The position numbers were made by a program, and so were the translations under genes. From assembly GCA_034667685.1 (NCBI GenBank), contig JAXDQU010000089.1:21072-85071 (forward strand): DNA of 64,000 nucleotides. The letters are read 5' to 3'. Shown here one piece after another: positions 34,302-43,315 of this stretch. This DNA is from Thermoplasmata archaeon. GTDB taxonomy: Archaea > Thermoplasmatota > SW-10-69-26 > JACQPN01 > JAJPHT01. Below the pieces are notes generated by a model. That model was not told the DNA's origin. It did not search any database and worked only from the letters and a program-made list of their open reading frames with translations. How positions within the stretch are numbered: the stretch's first letter is position 1; each line of letters starts with the position of its first letter.

Positions 34302-36066
34302 CCGGGGCCACCTCGAGGTCGCGCAGCGTGCGCGCGGCGTCGATCGCGTAGCCGTTGATGACGCGCGACACGCTCGCGATGTCGCGGATGCGCTTCTCCT
34401 TGAGCAGGAGCAGGATGCGGACGCGGCGGTCGAACTCGGCGCGCAGCGCGGCCTCGGCCAGGTGGCGCTCCTCCGCGACCTCGCCGAGCACGAAGGACGC
34501 GCCCGAGTAGCGGAAGCGCCCCTCGTTGCCGTCCCAGTAGAACGCGCGGTTGGTGAGCAATTCGCCCGTGCGCGGGTCGGCGCCGGTGAGCTCGACGATC
34601 TCGCGCATCTTGCGCACGCGCCCCGTGGGCAGGCGCAGGTCGGCCTGGATCGCGATGATATCAAGCGAGGCGAGCATGTTGCGCGGGATCTCGATGGGCT
34701 TCGACTCCAGGCGGTGGACGGCGCTGGGCACCGAGTCCGCGTGCATGGTGCTGAACACCGTGTGGCCCGTCGCCATCGCCTGGAAGAGCACGTACGCCTC
34801 GGCGCCGCGCACCTCGCCCAGCAGGATGTACTCGGGGCGCTGGCGCAGGCTCGCCTTGAGCAGGTCGAACATGTCGACCTCGCCCGCGCGCTTGCCTGCG
34901 TGGTCCGCGCCGCCGCCCGCGCGCGTGACGCCGGGGATCCAGTTCTCGTGGACGAGGTTCAGCTCGCGCGTGTCCTCGATGCTCACGATCTTCTTCTGCG
35001 GCGGAATGAACAGGGACAACGCATTCAGGGTTGTGGTCTTGCCCGACGCCGTGCCGCCGCAGACGAGCGCGCTGGCGCCGTGCTCGACGGCGAGCCAGAA
35101 GTACGCCATCATCTCGGGGCTCATCGTCTCGTAGATCAGGAGGTCCGTCGGCGTGAGTGGGTCGCTGCGGAACCGGCGGATGGTGAACGTGCTGCCGCGC
35201 GTCGTGACCTCGCGCGAGAGCGAGGCCTGGAGGCGCGAGCCGTCGGGGAGCGTCGCGTCCACGAGCGGATCGGCCACGCTGATGTGCTTGCCCGAGCGCT
35301 GCACGAGCTGCATGACGAAGCCGTCGAGCGCGTCGTCGTTGGGGAAGACGACGTTGGTGCGGATGCTCTCGTAGCGCCGGTGGTAGAGGAAGACGGGGAG
35401 CTTCGCGCCGTCGCAGGAGATGTCCTCGATGTTCGGGTCCTGCATGAGGACGTCCAGGCGGCCGTAGCCGAGGAAGTCGCGCTCCAGGTAGTAGGCGACG
35501 CGCGCCCGCGAGAGCGGACCCAGGTGCACCTTGTGGCGCTTGGCGAGCGCGTCGAAGCGGTCGGCCAGGTAGGCGCGCGCGCCGCGGCGGTCGAGCGCGT
35601 CGATGTCGACGTCGAGCGTGCGCAGGAAGGCGTCGCGCACGAAGTCGAACGCCTCCTGCTCCTCGGCCGTCATCTGCGGCTCGAAGACCTCGTAGCGGTA
35701 GGCGTTGGTCAGCTCGTCGTACGCGATGCGCACGTAGCTGTACGGGGGGCGGATCGGGCGCAGCTCCACGACGCGCTCGTGCGGCGCGGGGGGCGGGATC
35801 GCCGTGACCTCGCGCTCCTCGAACTGGACCTCGGGCTCGGGCTCCTCGCCGCGCAGGCGCGCCACGAAGCCGCGGAATCCCCTGGGCGCCTTGGCCGCGG
35901 GGTGAGGCGCATCGGGCACCGGCGCAAGCTCCGAGAGCGGCGTGGGCGCGGGCGCGCCGAAGAGGATGGACTCCAGCTCCCGGTCGTCGGTGGGCGCATC
36001 GCCCGGGGGCGGATCGACCTTGGGGGACGACTTGCGGAAACCCCCCGGGATCTTGGAAGCGCTCAC
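34291..36066 (-). CDS. Type IV pilus assembly ATPase (PilB/ArlI/VirB11 family)
   Basis: GYGRLDVLMQDPNIEDISCDG, GSTFTIRRF, GGTASGKTT, IEDTREL, LRQRPEYILLGEVRG, TGH, STMHA. Confidence 0.93.
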   Translation of the reverse strand: MSASKIPGGFRKSSPKVDPPPGDAPTDDRELESILFGAPAPTPLSELAPVPDAPHPAAKAPRGFRGFVARLRGEEPEPEVQFEEREVTAIPPPAPHERVVELRPIRPPYSYVRIAYDELTNAYRYEVFEPQMTAEEQEAFDFVRDAFLRTLDVDIDALDRRGARAYLADRFDALAKRHKVHLGPLSRARVAYYLERDFLGYGRLDVLMQDPNIEDISCDGAKLPVFLYHRRYESIRTNVVFPNDDALDGFVMQLVQRSGKHISVADPLVDATLPDGSRLQASLSREVTTRGSTFTIRRFRSDPLTPTDLLIYETMSPEMMAYFWLAVEHGASALVCGGTASGKTTTLNALSLFIPPQKKIVSIEDTRELNLVHENWIPGVTRAGGGADHAGKRAGEVDMFDLLKASLRQRPEYILLGEVRGAEAYVLFQAMATGHTVFSTMHADSVPSAVHRLESKPIEIPRNMLASLDIIAIQADLRLPTGRVRKMREIVELTGADPRTGELLTNRAFYWDGNEGRFRYSGASFVLGEVAEERHLAEAALRAEFDRRVRILLLLKEKRIRDIASVSRVINGYAIDAARTLRDLEVAPVAS

Positions 36067-36220
36067 GGGATCAACTCGATTCCGCGGTTTGGCGCTATAT
36101 AACCCTGGCGAAGGCGCACAGCGGCCAAACCGCCGCGGTCCGCGGGTCGGGCGGAGAAGACATTCGGCGGTCACGTTTCGATTGATATACGTGCCCCCGA
36201 CAGACCTGCCGCGTCCAGGA

Positions 36221-39200
36221 ATGCCGCGCCAAGGCCACCGTCTGCGTCATGGGCAAGCCGCCTCCGAGACCACGGGCACGATCCTGCTCCTGGCGATCGC
36301 GGTCGCGCTCGCGGGCGTCTTCGCGCTGGCGATCTTCAACCTCCCGCCGCCCCTGCCCTCCTCGCACGCGACGCTCCAGGCGTTCACGCCGCCCGCGTCC
36401 GACCAGTTGGTCATCGAGCACCGCGGCGGCCCCGCCATCCCGCTGGGCTCGCTCACCGCGGCGGTGCGCGTCAACGGCACGCTCACGCAGTTCAACGTGG
36501 GCGCCGGCATCACGAGCGGCACGTGGACCGTGCTCGCGCCCAACGGCACGGCCAAGGCCGCGGGCGACAGCTTCTCGGCGGGCGACCAGGCGATCTACAC
36601 CGCGCCCGCGCTGTGGGGCGCCGACGCGAGCGTGCAGGTCGTCAACGGCGCGACGACGGGCGGCCTGGGCGCCGCGCTGGCCCTCGCTCCAACGACCGTG
36701 CAGGCGAAGGACAATGCGAAGCCCACGTTCGTCTCGGCGCGCACGCTCACCACCACGACGATCCAGGTCAACTTCACGGAGCCCATCCGCAACCTCACGG
36801 ACCCGGCCTCCGTCGTCATCAGCCCGCTGGACTTCACCGTGCAGAACGCGGGCATCACGTACACGGTGACGGCCGTTCGCCTCTTGGCGAACGGCTCGTC
36901 CGCGGAGATGACCTTGGCGAGCGCGATGCCCACGAGCGCGACGCCCTACGTCAACGCGACCGCCTCGCCCGCGTGGACCTCCGACCTCGCGGGGAACCCG
37001 CTCAACGCCACCGCCTCGGTGGTGGCCTCGGACGGCGTGGCGCCTGGCATCACCAGCGTCGCGGCGAGCAGCGTCTCGGTCGCGGGCGCCACCATCACGT
37101 GGACCACCGACGAGCCCGCCGCCACGAGCCTCGTCGACGTGGGCCCGACGCCCGGCCTGGGCATCGTCGTCTCGGCGCCCTCGGGCGGCACGTCGCACAG
37201 CGCCACGCTCTCGACGCTCTCCGACAACCAGCTCTACGACTTCGAGGTCGTCTCGACGGACGCCAACGGCAACGCCGCGGCCTCCTCGATCCTCAGCTTC
37301 ACCACCTCGGCGTTCCCGGCCTCCACCGGCGGCGCCACCGGGTCGAACCGGCTCTCGCTCTCCTCGGGCGTCTCGCTCTCCTCGGGCGTCCTCTCGACCG
37401 CGCTCACCGTCACGCTGAAGGACCCCAACGGCACCGCCCTCAACGCGACGGGCAACACCGTGGTCAACCTCGCCACCAACAGCACGTCGGGCTCGTTCTT
37501 CTCCGACCCCACGGGCGCCACGCCCGTCACGAGCGTCACGATCCTCGCGGGCCAGAGCGCCGCGACCTTCTACTACCGCGACTACCGCGACGCGGGCACC
37601 TCGGCGCTCACCGCGGAGTCGGAGGGCGTGATCCCCGCCTCGACGCTCGCGCAGGTCTCGCTCAACAGCGGCCGCACCTTCGCCTACCACCTGACGTTCA
37701 GCGCGCTCCCCGCCATGCCCATCGCCAACGGCGCGGACGTGTCGGGCTTCACCGTCGCCCTGCGCGACGTCTTCGACCAGCCCGTCGTGCCCCCGTGGAC
37801 CATGACGGTGAACCTGAGCACGAACAGCACGGTGGGCTACTTCACCGACACGGGCGGGAGCGTCATCTCCTCCTTGTCCTTGTCGAGCAGCAGCGCCTCG
37901 TTCAAGTACCACGACGGGCGCGGCGGCGCGGCCCTCGTCATGGCGTTCGCCAACGGCACGCAGCCCGCGGCCGCGCAGGTGAGCGTCTCGGGCAGCAGCC
38001 AGGTCTTCGGCCTGCTATCAAGCGCGCAGACGTGGACCGGCCTCAACACGTACGGCGCGGGTCTGCTCAACGTCACGAACCTCGCCACGCCCAACGGCAC
38101 GCTGCTCCTGCCCAGCGGCAACGGCACGCTCATGGATCTCGGCGGCGCGCAGACCGTGACGGGCAACAAGACGTTCGCCTCGGGCACGCTGCGCGCGGCC
38201 GACCTCTACGACGCCAACGGCAAGGCGATCCTCAACCTCAGCGCGACCGCGAACGCCATCGACGGCCTGACGATCACCGACGCCGCGAGCGGCGGCACCG
38301 TGACGATCGGCGCCTCGGGCGGAGACGCCAACGTCCCGCTCAACCTGGCGAGCAAGGGAAGCGGTGCGCTCCAGCTCAACGGCCAGGCGATCGCGCTGGG
38401 CGGCTCGTTCACGACCACGGGCGCCAACGCGCTCACGTTCGCGACGACGGGCACGACCAGCGTCACACTCCCCACGAGCGGCACGCTGCTCTCCACCGCC
38501 GGCGCGGTCCCGATCCACGACCTCGTGGTGGGAAGCGGCGCCGCGACGCTCAACGTGCTCGCGCCCAGCGCCACCAGCGGCGTGCCTCTCGTGAGCCAAG
38601 GCAGCAGCGCGGACCCGACGTTCGGCGCGATCAACCTCGGCTCCGCGAGCGCGGTCACCGGCACGCTCGCGTACAGCCACCTCGCGCTCACCGGCGCGAT
38701 CCAACCCTCCGACCTCTCCGCGGCCGTCAACGGCTCGTTCCTCGTCAACGCGAGCAACAGCATCCCGACCGCGGACCTCCAGGACGCCTCCGTCACCGCC
38801 GCCAAGCTCGCGGGCTCGATCCCCTACAGCAAGCTCTCGTTGGCGGGCAGCATCCAGCCCTCGGACCTCTCGGCGGCCGTGAACGGCTCGTTCATCCTCA
38901 ACCAGAACGCGCAGGTGCTCACGGGCCACCTCGCCGCCGCCAGCGTCACGGCGGAGAAACTCAACCTCAACGCGAGCAGCATCGCGTACGGCAAGCTCGC
39001 GCTGACGGGGAACGTCGTGAACGGCGACCTCGCGGCCAACACGATCGCGTTCAGCAAGCTCGCGCGCACGGGCACGTCCGGCCAGGCGCTCCTCTCGGGC
39101 GGCGCGGGCGCGGACGCCGCCTACGGCGCGCTCAACCTCGCAGGGGGAAGCAGCATCGTGACCGGCACGCTCCCCGTGGGCAACGGCGGCACCGGCGCGA

Positions 39201-40150
39201 CCTCGTTCACGACCAACGGCGTCGTGCTGGGCGGCGCGACGCTCTCCACCACCGCGGCAGGCGCGGCGAACCAAGTCCTGCGCATCCCCTCGGGCGGCGG
39301 CGCGCCCGCGTTCGGGGCCATCGACGTGTCACAGAGCGCCGCCGTCACCGGCACGCTGGCGATCGCGAACGGCGGCACGGGCCTGACGAGCGCGGGCGGC
39401 ACGGCGAACCGCGTCCTCGTCACGACCGACGGCACCACGTGGACCGCGGGCCAGGTCAACCTCAACTCCGCCATGGTCAGCGGCAGCATCGGCCCCACCA
39501 CCGGCGGCACGGGCCAATCGACCTACACGCTGGGCGACACGCTCTACGCGAGCGCCGCGAACACGCTCGCGAAGCTCCCGGGCAACACCGCGTCCACCAA
39601 GATGTTCCTCTCGCAGACCGGCACGGGCGCGGTCAGCGCCGCGCCCTCGTGGAGCGCGCTCGCGGCCGGCGACATCCCGAGCCTCGACGCCTCCAAGATC
39701 ACGACGGGCACGTTCGCGGACGCGCGCCTTTCCAGCAACGTCGCGCTGCTCAACGCCGCCAACTCGTGGACCGCGGTGCAGACGTTCACGCTCGGCATGC
39801 GTCTCACGCCCACCGCGAGCGCCTCGATCCCCACGTGCACGGCGGGCCTGGAAGGCTCGCTCTACTACGACAGCACGCTCCACGCGCTGCGCATCTGCGG
39901 CCAAGGCTCGGCGTCCCTGCTGCTCCCCGCGTCGGACGGGACGAGGCTGATCAACCACGTCTTCCCCGCCACGGGCACCTCCGAGACCATCAGCGTCAGC
40001 CAGCCCGACACGAGCTACGGCGTCGTGTGCCAGCCGCAATACGCGGCAAGCCAGAACCCGATCATCAGCGGCAAGACCACGACGAGCTTCGTCATCACGT
40101 ATGGCAACGGTGGCCGCAGCGGCACCGCGGACTGCTTCATCTTCCGGTGA
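36221..40150 (+). CDS. Giant type IV pilin-like adhesin (1309 aa) with Ig/Fn3-like domains and tail-fibre-like repeats
   Basis: Class III-like signal (HGQA/ASETTGTILLLAIAVAL) and the archaeal pilin motif IEHRGG. Fn3-like ATITWTTDEPA. Repeats GTLxxxNGGTG and LDASKITTGTF. Confidence 0.75.
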   Translation: MPRQGHRLRHGQAASETTGTILLLAIAVALAGVFALAIFNLPPPLPSSHATLQAFTPPASDQLVIEHRGGPAIPLGSLTAAVRVNGTLTQFNVGAGITSGTWTVLAPNGTAKAAGDSFSAGDQAIYTAPALWGADASVQVVNGATTGGLGAALALAPTTVQAKDNAKPTFVSARTLTTTTIQVNFTEPIRNLTDPASVVISPLDFTVQNAGITYTVTAVRLLANGSSAEMTLASAMPTSATPYVNATASPAWTSDLAGNPLNATASVVASDGVAPGITSVAASSVSVAGATITWTTDEPAATSLVDVGPTPGLGIVVSAPSGGTSHSATLSTLSDNQLYDFEVVSTDANGNAAASSILSFTTSAFPASTGGATGSNRLSLSSGVSLSSGVLSTALTVTLKDPNGTALNATGNTVVNLATNSTSGSFFSDPTGATPVTSVTILAGQSAATFYYRDYRDAGTSALTAESEGVIPASTLAQVSLNSGRTFAYHLTFSALPAMPIANGADVSGFTVALRDVFDQPVVPPWTMTVNLSTNSTVGYFTDTGGSVISSLSLSSSSASFKYHDGRGGAALVMAFANGTQPAAAQVSVSGSSQVFGLLSSAQTWTGLNTYGAGLLNVTNLATPNGTLLLPSGNGTLMDLGGAQTVTGNKTFASGTLRAADLYDANGKAILNLSATANAIDGLTITDAASGGTVTIGASGGDANVPLNLASKGSGALQLNGQAIALGGSFTTTGANALTFATTGTTSVTLPTSGTLLSTAGAVPIHDLVVGSGAATLNVLAPSATSGVPLVSQGSSADPTFGAINLGSASAVTGTLAYSHLALTGAIQPSDLSAAVNGSFLVNASNSIPTADLQDASVTAAKLAGSIPYSKLSLAGSIQPSDLSAAVNGSFILNQNAQVLTGHLAAASVTAEKLNLNASSIAYGKLALTGNVVNGDLAANTIAFSKLARTGTSGQALLSGGAGADAAYGALNLAGGSSIVTGTLPVGNGGTGATSFTTNGVVLGGATLSTTAAGAANQVLRIPSGGGAPAFGAIDVSQSAAVTGTLAIANGGTGLTSAGGTANRVLVTTDGTTWTAGQVNLNSAMVSGSIGPTTGGTGQSTYTLGDTLYASAANTLAKLPGNTASTKMFLSQTGTGAVSAAPSWSALAAGDIPSLDASKITTGTFADARLSSNVALLNAANSWTAVQTFTLGMRLTPTASASIPTCTAGLEGSLYYDSTLHALRICGQGSASLLLPASDGTRLINHVFPATGTSETISVSQPDTSYGVVCQPQYAASQNPIISGKTTTSFVITYGNGGRSGTADCFIFR

Positions 40151-40154
40151 TATC

Positions 40155-41021
40155 ATGCGGCGCGCGAACGATCGGGCGGCGGCGGGCGTCGTGGCGGCCA
40201 TCATCATGCTGGGCGCCATCGTGGCGTTCCTGGTCTACATGAACGCGACGTGGGTCCCCGCGTGGGTCGAGTCGAAGGAGTCGAGCCACGCCGCGGACGT
40301 GGGCGACGCCATGGCGACGTGGGCCATCGACGCGGAGGACCACGCGGCGCGCGACCAGGTGGGCTCCCGGTGGAGCGTGACCGCGCCCCTGGGCGTCTCG
40401 GGGCTTCCGATGCTCGGGACGGGCGCCTCGTCGGGCGAGATCTCGCTGGCGACGACGCCGACGCTCAACGTCTCGCAGAGGAGCCTCCCAGTCCTGCTCG
40501 CGGGCGGGGGCGTGTCGCTCACCACGCACACGCTGCGCTATCCCAACCAGACGATCACGTACGCGCTGGGCGCGCTGCAGGTGGACCAGAGCGATGGCTC
40601 GTGGGTGGACCTGCGCAGCCTCGTCTCGGCCTCGCGCGCGGCGAGCGGCACGATCTCGCTCGCGATCCAGGCCGCGAACGTCACGGGGGGCCCGCAGCAG
40701 GCGGGCGGCAACGGGAACGCGCTCGTCGCGGGCACGCTCACCGGCGTCACGAACCAGACGCACGCCGCGGGCAACGTGACGATCCAGGCGCAGGGCGTCG
40801 ACGCGGGCGCGTGGCGCGCGGCGCTCAACCGGACGCTCGTGGCCTCCGGCCTGCGCGGCGAGGGCGCCTTCCGGGCCGACTGCCAGGGCTTCGTCTCGGC
40901 GAAGGACTTCTGCTACACGGCCGGCAACAACACGGCCAGCCAAGTCGAGGTCGTCCTGTACAACGTCGGGAGCGGCTGGACCACGCAGGTCGCGGCGTTC
41001 GCCACCGAGGTTCGTTCGTAG
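40155..41021 (+). CDS. Pilin-like protein (minor pilin)
   Basis: MRRANDRA/AAGVVAAIIMLGAIVAFL class III-like signal, followed by VPAWVESKESSH. Confidence 0.7.
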   Translation: MRRANDRAAAGVVAAIIMLGAIVAFLVYMNATWVPAWVESKESSHAADVGDAMATWAIDAEDHAARDQVGSRWSVTAPLGVSGLPMLGTGASSGEISLATTPTLNVSQRSLPVLLAGGGVSLTTHTLRYPNQTITYALGALQVDQSDGSWVDLRSLVSASRAASGTISLAIQAANVTGGPQQAGGNGNALVAGTLTGVTNQTHAAGNVTIQAQGVDAGAWRAALNRTLVASGLRGEGAFRADCQGFVSAKDFCYTAGNNTASQVEVVLYNVGSGWTTQVAAFATEVRS

Positions 41022-41072
41022 TTCTTGGCGAAATGCTGAAGTCCATCCATGCGCCCCTCCGCGGGCAGTCCG

Positions 41073-42200
41073 ATGCAGACCGGACCCGAACCCCACGAGG
41101 CCCTGGCCCGCCGCTCCTCGCTTCCGCGTGACGAGCCGATCGACCTGGGCTCGCTCCTGGACGACGCTCCCCACGCCGTCGTGGTGCTCGACGGATCGGG
41201 CCGCATCATGGCCGCGAACGCGCGCGCCGAGGCGCTCCTCAACGCCCCCGCGGACGTCCTGGTGGGCGCCCCGCTCGACGCGCGCCTGGCGCCCGGCTCG
41301 CTGGCCGACTTCGAGCGCGCCTTCACCGCGAGCCTGCGCCGGGGCGAGGCGCCGCCCGACCTGGAGCTCGGCCTCGCGCAGGGGCTCGTGGACGCGACGT
41401 TCCTCCCCGTGATGGACGGGCGGCGCCTCGTCGTGCTCCTCCTGCGCGACCTCACGCCGGAGCGCACGCGCCGCGACGAGGCCATGCGCGCCGAGGCCGC
41501 GCAGTACCGCAAGATGGCCGACCTGGGCAAGCTCATCGCGGGGGTCGCGCACGAGCTGCGCACGCCGCTGACCTACGTCGCCAACAACCTCGCCATCCAG
41601 CGCGCGCGCCTCGAGGACGCCTCGGGGAACGCCGACGACGCGAAGGCCATCCTCCGCGACGCGCTCGCCGCCAACCTCACCGCGCAGGAGGGCGTCAACC
41701 GGCTCGCGCACGTGCTCCAGGAGCTTCGCCCGCTCTCGCGCAACCGGCCCATGCGCCTGCGGGCCGTGGACCTCGCCGACCTCGTGCTCGACGCGGTGCA
41801 GACGTTCCGCGCGGCCGACGGCGACCGCGTCCGCGTCGCGCTCGACCTCCAGGCGACGCACCGCGTGGCGCTCGACCGCGACGACATGGCGAACGTGCTG
41901 ATCAACCTCCTCAACAACGCGGCGGACGCGATCGGCCACCAAGGCTCGATCGAGGTCAGCACGCGCAACGCGACCGTCCCGCCCGAGATCCGCATCGTGG
42001 ACCACGGCCCCGGCGTCGCGCCCGACTTCGCGCCGCAGCTCTTCGAGCCCTTCCGCACCACCAAGCCGGACGGCACCGGGCTGGGCCTCTTCATCAGCCG
42101 CCGCACCGTCGAGGCGCACGGCGGCACGCTCACCTACGAGCCCACGCCCGGCGGGGGCGCGACGTTCGTGATCCGGCTGCCTTGCAGCGAGACGACGTAG
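41073..42200 (+). CDS. Soluble PAS histidine kinase
   Basis: PAS (VVVLDGSGRIMAANARAE), LGKLIAGVAHELRTPL, NLLNNAADA, DHGPG, FEPFRTTK, GTGLGL. Confidence 0.9.
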   Translation: MQTGPEPHEALARRSSLPRDEPIDLGSLLDDAPHAVVVLDGSGRIMAANARAEALLNAPADVLVGAPLDARLAPGSLADFERAFTASLRRGEAPPDLELGLAQGLVDATFLPVMDGRRLVVLLLRDLTPERTRRDEAMRAEAAQYRKMADLGKLIAGVAHELRTPLTYVANNLAIQRARLEDASGNADDAKAILRDALAANLTAQEGVNRLAHVLQELRPLSRNRPMRLRAVDLADLVLDAVQTFRAADGDRVRVALDLQATHRVALDRDDMANVLINLLNNAADAIGHQGSIEVSTRNATVPPEIRIVDHGPGVAPDFAPQLFEPFRTTKPDGTGLGLFISRRTVEAHGGTLTYEPTPGGGATFVIRLPCSETT

Positions 42201-42353
42201 CCCAGGCGCTTCGCGCCCACGAGGAAGACGGGAAGACGAGCGGACTTTCGTCTCACCTCTTCCTGTCTTCCCTGACGCCGAAGGCGTCCATGTGCAGCAG
42301 GAACAGGATTATTCCAGTAACGGATACACGCGGTGCCTGGAGGCGAACCACGC

Positions 42354-42560
42354 ATGTCCGACACGGATATCTGCGCGCCCGCTCCGTTCGATAGCATCCT
42401 CGACGCCGTGGGGCGACGCCGATGGTCCGCCTCCGAAGGCTCTCGCCCGCGGGCGGCGCGACGATCTGGGCGAAGTGCGAGCACCTCAACCCGGGCGGCG
42501 CGCCGGGCCTGATCGAGCGCGCGGAGAGCCGGGGCCAGCTCGCGCCCTCCGCCGCCGCCG
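42354..42560 (+). pseudogene. Cysteine synthase/cystathionine beta-synthase N-terminal remnant
   Basis: GGAGG RBS, then MSDTDICAPAPFDSILDAVG, a frameshift, and TPMVRLRRLSPAGGATIWAKCEHLNPGG/APGLIERAESRGQL. The PLP-lysine motif SVKDR is missing. Confidence 0.65.
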
Positions 42561-42742
42561 CGGGGACGCGCGACTTCTGCCTGGACATGGCAATGCCCGC
42601 GCACGATGCGACGATGGCCTGGTGCAGGCCGCCGGCGACTACGTCTGGATCTGCGACGTACCGACGCGGGCATGCGCGGGGGCTGGCGGATGCCGCACAT
42701 GTTTGGCGTCAAGCTGAATGGCGAAGGGCTCGATGGTCCTCC

Positions 42743-43198
42743 ATGCGAGACATGCGGCCGGAGGACGCCCGCGCGATGCTCCGCCAGGGGCGCGTGGGCG
42801 TGCTCGCGTTGGCGCGCGGCGGCGACGCCTACGGGCTCCCCGTCTACTACGCGTTCGACGGGCGCCACCTCTACTTCCACACCCACCCCGGGCACAAGAG
42901 CGACTACATCGGCGCGACGCGCGAGGCCTGCTTCACGCTGGTCGCCGCGCGGAGCACAGACGAGTGGGCGAGCATCATGGTCTTCGGCGTGCTCGAACGC
43001 GTCGACGGGACGCCCTCGCACCTCGCCGCGATGCACGCGCTCATGGCCGTGCCGCTTCCCCCCGAGTGGGGCGTGAGCGAGGCGGGCGAGCCGCGGCGCG
43101 GGGGCGAGGGCGCCGCGACCTACCGGCTCACGCCCACGCGCATCTCCGGACGCTTCAGCCAGCGCGAGGTCGAGCCCTCCGCCCTGGAGGTCTCCTGA
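42743..43198 (+). CDS. Pyridoxamine 5'-phosphate oxidase-like flavin-binding protein (NimA-like)
   Basis: GRVGVLAL...YGLPVYY...YFHT...GHK...WASIMVFG...ISGR. Confidence 0.8.
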   Translation: MRDMRPEDARAMLRQGRVGVLALARGGDAYGLPVYYAFDGRHLYFHTHPGHKSDYIGATREACFTLVAARSTDEWASIMVFGVLERVDGTPSHLAAMHALMAVPLPPEWGVSEAGEPRRGGEGAATYRLTPTRISGRFSQREVEPSALEVS

Positions 43199-43315
43199 TC
43201 CGGCCCGCGCCGACGCGCGCGTGGTCCGTCCAGCGCGGGTCGAGAGGGGTTCGGGAAATCCCCAACCGTGAAGCACCCCTTATCCTCCTTCCCGCCTTCA
43301 TCCGGGCCTGAGAGC

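Noticed and set aside
32190-41021. Archaellum or prophage interpretation
   Set aside because: No archaellin or ArlF/G/H order is recognisable and there are two separate platform genes, as in pili. No capsid, terminase or integrase accompanies the fibre-like repeats.
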